Assembly: GCA_964270895.1 (NCBI GenBank)
Contig: OZ185437.1
Length of the DNA stretch: 64,000 bases
Strand: one strand, 5' to 3'
Source: Podarcis filfolensis
Taxonomy: Eukaryota
Below the pieces are notes generated by a model, which saw only the letters and a list, made by a program, of their open reading frames with translations, was not told the DNA's origin and ran no database searches. Shown here one piece after another: positions 53,682 through 63,375 of the stretch; the stretch's first letter is position 1, and the number at the start of each line of letters is the position of its first letter. The translations under genes and the position numbers were made by a program.

Positions 53682-55565
53682 GCTGCTATTAAATATGAGT
53701 CACCATAGTCACATCCTCAAGTAAAATCTTGCCCTACATAAACCCCAATAAGACCACCAGCAGACCTAGGTGGAATCTACACACATATAAAAAACGCTGT
53801 GAAAATGCTTTTTTTAAGAAACGTTTTTAAAAATACATTGAATTTCGCCATCTAGTGTCACATTTGTATATTGCGCTTTACAACACATTTAAAATGTTTT
53901 ATTTGCAGCTGAGACCCAAAATTGCTTAATTTCGGAGCAATATGTGTTATATGTTATCTCTAATGGAGGTATACCTCCAGCATTTCTTTACCAGGTGAGA
54001 ATTATTTGACTCAGCCTTTGCAGAGTCAAAATACCATCAAAAGATCAGTCTTCTTTATTCTTATAATAAAGAGTTGATTGCAAAATATACCCCCACAATC
54101 CAGCCCATGGATTATGCGAGATTATTTTTCTAAAATTAGTTTCCCATTTGATCTAAATTATCGGAGGATTCCAGATATGCCAATATTCTTTAGATCTTAC
54201 TATGGTTGACTGGATTTTTAGACATCAACTTTCACATCTGGTACATTCTCTTAAGAAGATGTATTTAACTGTAAACGTTAGAATTATAACTTGCAGGTGC
54301 TGAGGAACTGCAACACTCCAGTTGCCCATCTTCCTCATAATTTCATTATAGGTGATTTCTTTAAGTCACTGCCCATTAATCTTACACGTTCTATTACACC
54401 ACAAACTTCTCATATTCACGGTATTTGCCAGCCAGCTTTTCTCTTTCAATTCTTCATTATAACAAATTATAGGAACTGGTGAGAGACTTGAGCTCAGCTT
54501 ATGTCTGCATCTATGCCAGACTTCAAAAAGTCTTTTGCTTTGAATAGCTCTCAGGTCCCTTTGGTCCAATGCCACAATGCATTTTTAAAAACTCCATTGT
54601 CAATTCCATCTGTTCTGTCTTTATCTGATTTTAAATGAGATAACATGGTTGTGTGGTAGTACCAATTAAAGCATGGGAAAGCAATGTCTCTTTCAAGTGG
54701 TTTGTATAATATTTTAGCAGCAATCCTGCCTTTCTTCCCATAGGAAAAATAACGCTAACCTTTGCCACTTAGTTATAATTTCATGTTTAATTCATAAAGG
54801 TATATATTGAAAGAAAAATAGTACTTGGGGAAACATAGTAATATTAATAGCTCACATCTTTCCCATCTCAAAAAGCCTATCAATGTTTTTTCTTAATTTC
54901 ATGATATAGCTTATTGTCTGATTTTGTAGATTTATGATGTTCTAATGATTTTATTTTACACTACCATGAAATTTTTAATGAGTTGGCAGTTTAGAAACAC
55001 GTGTATAAACAAAAGTTAAAATATAAATGCATGCCTTTCAGAAAAGTTTACAATATGCAGCTCAAAACACCGGCAGCAACATTCCTGCCAGTAATTCATA
55101 TAGCAGTTTTAGGATGGCACATATGACAACTAACATTATGGTAGTTTACCATAGGGTGCATGTGGCAGTAAATGATTATCTGTGACATTATGCTAAGTGG
55201 GGAGAATTTTATGTTTAGTTGGTACAGCGGACATAATCTATCACCGTGGCCTAAAACTCCAGGGTTCCTTGGAAGCTTATCACGGACTCTTCGGTAACAG
55301 CAGACAAGATTTTCAGTTATGGGAGCAGTGACTCTGCGCTGTTGAACATGCCCCACTGTCTTCTGCAATCCCCAAGAGCTCCAAGGGAAATCCTAAGGGT
55401 TTGCTTATCAGACACAAGTTTGAAAATTTTTGAGGCACAGTTGATCAGGCCCTTAAAAAAATGTCTGTACTAGTTGGCCTACACTAGCCTATTTTGCAAG
55501 AAGCTAACAAAACAAACTCCAAAACCCCTGAAGAAACCCTACCCGTTATGAGAGGAAGAAATGTA

Positions 55566-55807
55566 CAGTGGTACCTCAGGTTAAGTACTTAATCCGTTCC
55601 GGAGGTCCGTTCTTAACCTGAAACTGTTCTTAACCTGAAGCACCACTTTAGCTAATGGGGCCTCCCGCTGCTGCCGTGCCGCCGGAGCACAATTTCTGTT
55701 CTCATCCTGAAGCAAAGTTCTTAACCTGAAGCACTATTTCTGGGTTAGCAGAGTCTGTAACCTGATGCGTATGTAACCTGAAGCATATGTAACCAGAGGT
55801 ACCACTG
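55566..55807. mobile_element. Tc1/mariner (Tigger/pogo-like) MITE
   Basis: TIRs cagtggtacctc / gaggtaccactg, TA flanks, internal aacctgaag repeats. Confidence 0.92.
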
Positions 55808-57439
55808 TATAGGTTCAGAAAACTCACAGTATGCCACAGAGGGAGCATCAAGGGAAAAGAAGCTGAAAGAGACAACAGCTTCTCATTCACTCATTTCGCC
55901 TCATTATCACAGTTACTCAGCTCTTGTTGGTTTGTGGCCAAATGTGCAATCTGACTCCACAGAAACCCAGAAAGGTGCTTCAGAAAACACAAGTCTTAAT
56001 GTGATGGTGCAGTCATTGGGTACTGAGCATAGGCATGTGTGAACCCAGCCTTCATCTGCTCTGCCTATAAAAGAACCTTCCAAGTTGAGACTCTTTAAGG
56101 ATGCTAGAATCTGCCTTAAACATTATGTTTTAATCAGTTATTGATCTGTTTTTGATTAGAAGCTGTTTTTAAGCTGTTTGCGGGATGGCGAGTGTTTGGT
56201 GTTGTCTTGCAGCTTAAATATTTCAAAATTATAGTTTTCCTCCGTTTTATTGCTTGTCAATGTAACTGAACTGTGATTATGGAAATAAGTTTGCAAAGGA
56301 ATGTGGCACAGAGGTTGTTTCATTGTCCTATTCGGTCTTTATTACGAAAAATAACGAGCTTTAATCAAATCAGCTGGTAACGAGTTGCCTCTGCATCTGC
56401 AGTGTCTTTAAATATTATTATTTTTTTTTTAAAAAAATACAAAGCCATTTCTTTCCACTCCGCTCCTTGTCTGGCTACTCCACCTTCTGCTGGGAGAGCA
56501 GCAAGTGGAAGAGACACAAATTAAACTAAACTAAAAACAACCTAACACAATTGTTGGCTTGCTTTTCGTTTTTCAACAAATGCTGTGTGTGCTGTTCAGA
56601 AATATAATGGGCTCACTTTTAGATTTGGCCCTGGCCTGCCATTCAGAAACAGACAGGAGCCAGAAGACAGCTATTTGGGGCAAAGAAGAGAGGATTCCTG
56701 GCTTAATTACACTGCAGCATTTGAAGCAAAGCTGGACTTAATTAGAGTGTCTATTTTTCCACCCTCAAACCTGGGAATACAGGAATTACAGAAGCCCACT
56801 GGGGACCGATAGTTTGCTTTGCAGCTTGCAGATGGATGGTGGTCAGTTCTCAGGGTTTTGCTGCTGCTTCTTCTTAGCACCTGTGTGGCAACAGTAATGC
56901 TCTCCCACCAGCTGTGTTATATCTCCAAAAAGGCCCAGTTCTGATGTAATTTTTAGCCACTAAATACATTTTTCCATGTGGGAGAAAGCATCAGAGGTTG
57001 TATCTACACTTCTTCCCAAGCTCTCAGTAGAGAATGTGCACATAAAATTTTAAAAGTATGTTCTAGGGGTTCAGACCATTAGATGAATTCATAATATTTT
57101 ATTGCTACACATTTTTGGAGAAAACAGGCTTGTGAACATTGAATGGCCATGTTCAGCAGTGGGTTGGGTGAAGATGTGGCAGGGATAAAGTCACTCTCTT
57201 TTATTCTGTGAGAACATACGTAGAGCAAAAGGTTCTGAAAACCAGTGGTCACAGCTACCATTGTGCCAAGTATCATTTGCCTTATTAAAATCAACTTTTT
57301 AACTGCATTTTTCCATTTATTAATGTAATTCATTGGTTTTTCAGTGGTTTAACATTGGTGTTGATTATTTCGTACCAATGAGCTTGTTTTTAACTGTTTT
57401 AATTTTGCACTTTTTGACCAGTTGTATATTACTGTGGAT

Positions 57440-57787
57440 GGGACATGGGTGGCACTGTGGGTTAAACCACAGAGCCTAGGACTTGCCAATCAGAAGGTTG
57501 GCGGTTCGAATCCCCACGACGGGGTGAGCTCCTGTTGTTTGGTCCCTGCTGCTGCCAACCTAGCAGTTTGAAAGCACGTCAAAGTGCAAGTAGATAAATA
57601 GGTACCGCTCCAGCGGGAAGGTAAACGGCGTTTCCGTGCGCTGCTCTAGTTCGCCAGAAGCAGCTTAGTCATGCTGGCCACATGACCCAGAAGCTGTATG
57701 CCGGCTCCCTTGGCCAATAAAGCGAGATGAGCGTCGCAATCCCAGAGTCGGTCACGACTGGACCTAATGGTCAGGGGTCCCTTTACC
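57440..57787 (+). mobile_element. Sauria SINE, full length
   Basis: 14-bp TSD tatattactgtgga at 57425-57438 and 57788-57801. Confidence 0.95.
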
Positions 57788-58285
57788 TATATTACTGTGG
57801 ACCTGCTTGTTTTATTGTTGGTATTTTTGAAGGAGGGCAACACGGAAAACACAACAGCATGACTTGTAGAAGTGCTGGATCTAGACCTTGCCACCACTGA
57901 GCCTGAGCCTAGCAACTTGAGATCTACTGAACCCAAGAGCCCTGAACTAGGGCTTCACTGATTGCAGATCTGGTCACTGATTTCCCGCATCACCTGCTTT
58001 GACAGTCATACAATGTATAATTTTATTAAGTATTACAGAGTTTATTCCATACATAGAACTGGAATGATTCGTTGTGAACATGTGAAATTGCTTTGTTTGG
58101 GTCACCATAGAATGTTTTTAATGAGAATGATTTCATTCCGAAAATATGGCTAAATGTTGTTAAATTAGGGGAAATAGTCATTTCCATGAAAGAGGGGGGT
58201 CTTGAAACCTTGATATTTCTCGCTTATGAGGCAGACATTTGGAAACCATAATGGAATTTGATTCAGATGTTCCACACTTGCTTAC

Positions 58286-58522
58286 TTGGGAATGCTTTCG
58301 TAAATGAATTTCCTGGACTCTTTCAACCAACCATGTTTTCAGTTTGAAGGCATCTGATGGAAGTTGCAATGGCTTTTTTGGTCCCCCTACTTTCCAGAAG
58401 AGCTTTTTATCAATCATTCTTTCTTTTGTAGCACGCGGGTGAGTGCACTTCTTGAACTTTTTGCAATCAGGCATACTCACAGCTTGAATACGAGGAACTG
58501 CTGCACATTCACGGTTATTATG
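58286..58522 (-). pseudogene. Candidate exon of the same minus-strand locus (79 codons)
   Basis: ccattcag acceptor, gtaag donor, phase 0-0, open frame HNNRECAAVPRIQA...LPSDAFKLKTWLVERVQEIHLRKHSQ, CpG-retaining. Confidence 0.35.
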
Positions 58523-58740
58523 CTGAATGGTGAATCAGCACTCCACATCAGACATAGAGAGCACAGTTATGGTTGAGCAATAATCTTGTAGATTCTTGGA
58601 ATGATATAATTGGCATTGTGGTCTGTTTGCAGAGATTTGAACTCTGTCCTGGTCTGACACTCTAACCACTACACTGTACTGGTCAGTACAAAAAGCTGGT
58701 ACAGTCTTATTGTACCAGCTGTGATCATATAGAGAGCATA

Positions 58741-59120
58741 AAAAGGTAAAGAACCCCTGATGGTTAAGTCTAGTCACAGACAACTCTGGGGTTGTGGCAC
58801 TCATCTCACTTTACAGGCTGAAGGAGCAGGCGTTTGTCCGCAGACAGTTTTTCCGGGTCATGTGGCCAGCATGACCAAGCTGCTTCTGGCACAATGGCAC
58901 ACCAAAACCAGAGCAGCACACGGAAATGCTGTTTACCTTCCCACCGGAGCGGTATCTATCTATCTACTTGCACTGTTGGCATGCTTTCGAACTGCTAGGT
59001 TGGCAGGAGCAGGGACTGAGCAACAGGAGCTCACCCCATCGCAGGGATTCGAACCGCCGACCTTCTGATTGGCAAGCCCAAGAGGCTCAGTGGTTTAGAC
59101 CACAGCGCCACCCACGTCCC
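58741..59120 (-). mobile_element. Sauria SINE, different subfamily
   Basis: Reverse complement of the same head and tail, with diagnostic internal insertions (gtttgtccgcagacag, acaatggcacacc). Confidence 0.9.
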
Positions 59121-59243
59121 TATAGCTCAATCTCAGGGTCGTGGGTTCAAGTCCCACATTGGGCAAAAGATTCCTGCATTGCAGGGGGTTGGACTTGATG
59201 ACCCTTGTGGTCCCTTTCAACTGTACAGTTCTATGATTCTATG
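59121..59243 (+). mobile_element. tRNA(Lys)-derived SINE with CR1-type 3' tail
   Basis: aatctcagggtcgtgggttcaagtcccacattgggc resembles the tRNA-Lys 3' half; ends ttctatgattctatg. Confidence 0.8.
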
Positions 59244-60089
59244 TGCATGCAGCATTATGCAGAATCACTACAAGTGCTGCACAGTAGAGCTTTGAAGGAG
59301 GCATCCTGTGACCACTGCCTGAATTGACCTACATGCAGGGAACATATCAAGGCTTCCTTTTGAAACATGAGTAATGTAAACAACTTGATGCATTAGAGTA
59401 TCTTGGGCTCAGGGGTCTCTATAAATGCACTTTCTCTTTTCCAAAACAAGAATATTTGCAAACAATGGGAATTCACAGCAAGCAACTGGGGGTGCCTGCA
59501 GATGAATTGCTTTATTTGTCATTGTTTTTTGTGGTCACCAGTCCATTGGGTTTTCTCAGTCAACGCAAGAGCCCTTTTGCAATGCGAGGCTAAAAATAAA
59601 CCAAGGGAACTCTTTTCCCAGTTAAAACAGTGCTTTGTATTTTAAAAATATGTTTTACATAAACATGATTATTAAGAAATATAAGCCACAAATTGAGACC
59701 ATAAGACATTTCTTGAGAGTGGCTACAGCCCACCCAACTCACTGTTTTTATATTTAAGTTCTCTGGAATGGGCTCAGGTTGCAGTCAATAATTTTCACCA
59801 AACTCACTTCTAGGATGACAAGATGTAACGGAGAACAGAACCCTCTGCATGTGCTACTTGTGTGAAGTGTGCCCATGTGTAGAACCACAAGCAAGACCAC
59901 ACCACTGGCCTCGCCTCCAACATCTGTGAAGGAGCTAGCCTCCCCCAGATATACACCAGGAGGCCTCAGGATCACAACTGCATGGGTGTCCTCCTGTTCC
60001 TTTGGAGCAGCTACAGATTAGCAACTGCTCCATGAACTCACTTGCACAAGTTCCTCTTCGGATGTTTGCACTCAACATGAGGACATCAG

Positions 60090-60288
60090 CAGGGGGTGCC
60101 AGCTTGAATAAAATATTGGGGGGCCCACACAAGCCCCACCCTGCATAATCAGTCGCATGATGCTGTGCACTCACACCATTTGAGTGGCCATGCCCATCAA
60201 CATTTAGGGCCCCTGGCCACCTCAAATATTTTACTGGGGGGGGAATGGACGACAAAGACCCCACGGCCCCTAGGAGTTGGCTCCTATG
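60090..60288. mobile_element. hAT-like MITE (related copy starts at 23249)
   Basis: ggggtgccagcttgaataaaatattgg...ctaggagttggctcctatg; the reverse-complement terminus matches catagaagccaactcctag at 23249. Confidence 0.65.
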
Positions 60289-60378
60289 GACTTATGGTGG
60301 TGTGGTTAGCTTGGTTGCATGATGTCAGGAGAAGGGCCAAAAAATGTGGTCCCCACTCTTCCTTCTACATGTGAGCAC

Positions 60379-60830
60379 CTGCCATACAAATTATGCATGG
60401 CAGAGTGTTCGGGACTCTATTTCTGTAGAAAATGAGGTTCTTGTAGGTACCATTTCCTGATCTATACATTGCAAATTGCACAACACAATAATTAAAACCT
60501 GAATCCCCCTTCTTTAAACATACTTAGACCAAAGGTGTCACTTGCGGATAGTGTTGCCATGTTTTTCTTTCTGTCAGGGCTCCTGTGCCTTCTGACAAGA
60601 CTACTTCCAGTAAGTGAGGAGAACATTTGGCTCTGCCTTAACGTAGGTGCAGTGATGGAGAAAGTTTCCATTTGCAGAACTTCATTGACCAGGCAGGTTT
60701 TAAATACGGGGAGACTGTGCAAGTCGAAGAGCAGTTCAAAAACATCAGTTCTGAAAATCTGGAAGAATTTCTCCAGGAGGAGGTTTTTCCAAAGCCTTCT
60801 GCATAGGAACCTGTCCTCTTATGCTCTCTG
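60379..60830 (-). pseudogene. Putative cyclic-nucleotide-binding-domain (CNBD) gene segment, two exons, apparently decayed
   Basis: Minus-strand frame RTDVFELLFDLHSLPVF...METF..LRQ..FSSLTGSSLV...KKNMATLSASDTFGL, gtatgt donor, 101-nt intron (60423-60523) ending cctcattttctacag, then ESRT.. and IICMA in shifted frames. Motif recognition only. Confidence 0.5.
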
Positions 60831-61512
60831 AAGTGCCCTGAACACTAATAGCATTATATTAAAAATACATCATAAAAATAATTTATATTGCGGTACAAGA
60901 TTTCATAATATACAGAAAGATGCCCAACAGTTGTATAAAACAGAAAAACCACACTGTGATGATTTGCCCTGAGCAAAATAAAGAACAAATAGTTTTTTAA
61001 AGACATTTTTGGGTCTCAAAATTCATCCACAAATATGATCCTGTTTGTGCTGTTTTGGCTATGCAGCTGCGTTTAATTCCGTGGAAAATAATAAAAAAGT
61101 ATTTCTTCTTTGTTTTGGATTTTCAGGGCACAATTTCTGCTTATTTCCCCCTTTCCTTTGGTTGACACTCATCCAGTACCTCAAGTTCCACATTGATCCA
61201 GCTGCAATGTTTGCAAACGGACCTCACCATATTAATTTACTGTTTCTGGCCTATAATAACGGGCATAGCCTCCAACATTCCTCAGATGAAAATAGGGAAA
61301 GGTTCAGCCATGGCAGCGGCCTTGCAGGCAGGACCCACCCCCTTCACTCCTCCACTCACCCCTTTCTTTATGAGAGACCAACCAGCTAAGGTGCAGGGAA
61401 ACAGCAAAAAACTTTCCTAGGGGCATTCAAGTGACTTGGATCTTGTTTTCATAAAAACAGGAAGGGGCGTCCTATTGAGTGGCGGGAGGTGAGCAGGAGG
61501 AATAGATCTAAG

Positions 61513-61602
61513 CATAGCTGTCAACTTTTCCCTTTACTTGTGAGGAATCCTATTCGGAATAAGGGAATTTCCCTTTAAAAAAGGGAAACGTTGACAGCTA
61601 TG
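61513..61602. mobile_element. 90-bp hAT-type MITE
   Basis: Perfect TIR catagctgtcaac / gttgacagctatg; perfect 8-bp TSD gatctaag. Confidence 0.93.
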
Positions 61603-61949
61603 GATCTAAGACATGTGTTAGAGGGATGCACGGATCTGAGCTTCCATGTTGAAATGCTGTACTGAAGTGAAGGCCCCCTTGGGAATTTGGGATTCTGCCT
61701 GAAAATGTGAGAAGCTGCGATAGCTTAAGGGTTTTTGTGACGATCCTGGGGTCTTTGGGGCAGTTGGGAGGGCATGAATGGTTGTGAATGATGTTCCTAG
61801 ACTTGAGTTTAAAAGCTGAGGCCTTGCTTCTTCCAGGAATGTTAGTTCCTGGGCTCCAGTTAATGTGCACCAACCTTTTTGTTTACACTCCCTGATTGGG
61901 ATATGGTAGATAAAATGTATTTTTAAAAATAATAAATAATAATAAATTT

Positions 61950-62160
61950 AATGATAAATTTTATTTATATCCCGCCCTCCCCAGCCGAAGCCGGGCTCAG
62001 GGCGGCTAACAACAATAAAACAGTACAAAAGTACAGCACAAACAACACTCTAAAATCATTCATTATAAAATTAATTTGAATCAAGCCACTGGCAACCATT
62101 GGGCCAGAGCTCCGTGAAGATTGCCGAGGGAGGGAGTCAGGCTGTGCCCTGGCCAAAGGC
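61950..62160 (-). mobile_element. Young, 5'-truncated L2-type 3' end
   Basis: atttatatcccgccctccccagccgaagccgggctcagggcggctaacaac with CpGs retained. Confidence 0.75.
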
Positions 62161-62182
62161 ACAGCCTGCTTTCATTTATGTG

Positions 62183-62372
62183 AGGAATATAGGCAACTGC
62201 TTTATATCAAGTCAGGCCATTGGTTCATTTAGCACAGTATAGTCAACACTGATTGGTGGTGTCTCTCCAGGGTTTCAAGCACATTTCCAGCCCTGCTTGG
62301 AGATGCTGGGGATTCAACCTGGGATTTTCTGCATGCAAGGTAGAAGCTGCACCACTAAGATACAGCCTTCCC
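62183..62372 (-). mobile_element. tRNA-derived SINE (second family)
   Basis: Reverse complement has a tRNA-like head (agtggtgcagc..tgcatgcagaaaatcccaggttgaatcc) and a body typical of squamate SINEs. Confidence 0.65.
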
Positions 62373-62400
62373 CAAAGGAGCATTGTTGTGTACTTGTTAC

Positions 62401-62632
62401 GTGTCATGGGCTGGATCCCTAACAATGACATCCCAGGAGATAATTCAATAGTTGACGTTCCCCCAGCTCTAGGATCACAGAGCGTTAAGTTAGAGAATGG
62501 CTCTGTGACCTCTCTGAGTGGTTGTGCTGCCCTGACTTGGTAAGAATCTAGAAATAGAAGATGGACAATTACTCTCAAGGGAGTGAGCTGTTCCAACTGC
62601 CTTATTGCAGTCGAGATTCTTTCTCCCTGCCC
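62401..62632 (-). pseudogene. Candidate upstream exon of the minus-strand locus
   Basis: gatttttcag acceptor, gtaac donor, 77 open codons ending IELSPGMSLLG (weakly like CNBD L.pG.sFG). Confidence 0.3.
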
Positions 62633-62934
62633 CTGAAAAATCCAGAGACTGAAATGTATCGAGAAGAAAGACAATTACTGCTGGTAATTTCAGATTTTCC
62701 CCTGTACTATTTCCAGCATCACTAATGTGGATGAAAGCCATGAAATTTACTTTGGGATGACTCTGTGGGATAACATATTTTGCCTTCTCTATTTAATAAG
62801 TTCATGAATATGAAGATATTAAAATGATTGCAGTCAGAGTGAAATAACACGGCTGTATGTTCTCAAGCACACATTAAGAATGAACCAAAACTTATTCTTC
62901 ATTATTCTTATGTGTATATATATATTATTTTATT

Positions 62935-63375
62935 AGATACATTTGTTACCCACCCTTCAACAAAAGTCCCAGGCTGCATTACATCATAATAAAACAGTAA
63001 AGCACAACAGATGAATAATGAATTTCTAAAAAAATAAGTTAAATAATTATCAAAAGGTGAAGAGTAATTAAATGTTTCCAAAAGGGCAAAAATGGCCACC
63101 TTTGCATGTCTTCTGAATAACCCAAAGTTGAAGCTGGGTGCACATCCAGGGGCAGGAAATTCCATAGTCTCAGAGCCACCACTGAGAAGGCGCTCTCATC
63201 ACATGCTGCTGTATCAGAGACCTCTGAGGGTAGCAGAATCACCAACAAAATCAAATCTAATTCCCAGGCTGGTTTACAAACATGGGGTGGTGGTGCAATT
63301 TTTCAGGTATACGGGACTCAAGTCACTAATGGCTTTATATGTCCAAGACAAGACCTTGAACTGAGCGCAGAATCA
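62935..63375 (-). mobile_element. L2 LINE 3' fragment
   Basis: ggggcaggaaattccatagtctcagagccaccactgagaaggc, similar to the 37.5 kb copy. Confidence 0.7.

Noticed and set aside
18681-53702. AP-1 sites TGAGTCA (18681, 32285, 53696)
   Set aside because: The number seen is within chance expectation for a 7-mer in 64 kb.
58432-58438. 7-nt plus-strand micro-exon pattern (tttgtag CACGCGG gtgagt)
   Set aside because: No plus-strand host gene here, since CD109 ends about 17 kb upstream; it overlaps the minus-strand exon candidate and is probably chance.
59530-59590. Minus-strand segment after a strong tttttag acceptor (SHCKRALALTEKTQW or PRIAKG frames)
   Set aside because: Frames close quickly and the donor is weak; the 60422 acceptor is the better continuation of the CNBD-like exon.
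60578-60609. Plus-strand 32-nt mini-exon with good splice sites
   Set aside because: The next intron would be only 37 nt, too short for a vertebrate, and no partner exons were found.
60647-60806. Plus-strand 52-codon frame CSDGESFHLQNFIDQAGFKYGETVQVEEQF...FPKPSA* with a gtag acceptor and downstream AATAAA
   Set aside because: No recognisable family. It lies antisense to the better-supported CNBD-like exon, and open antisense frames are common opposite coding sequence. Kept only as an alternative reading.
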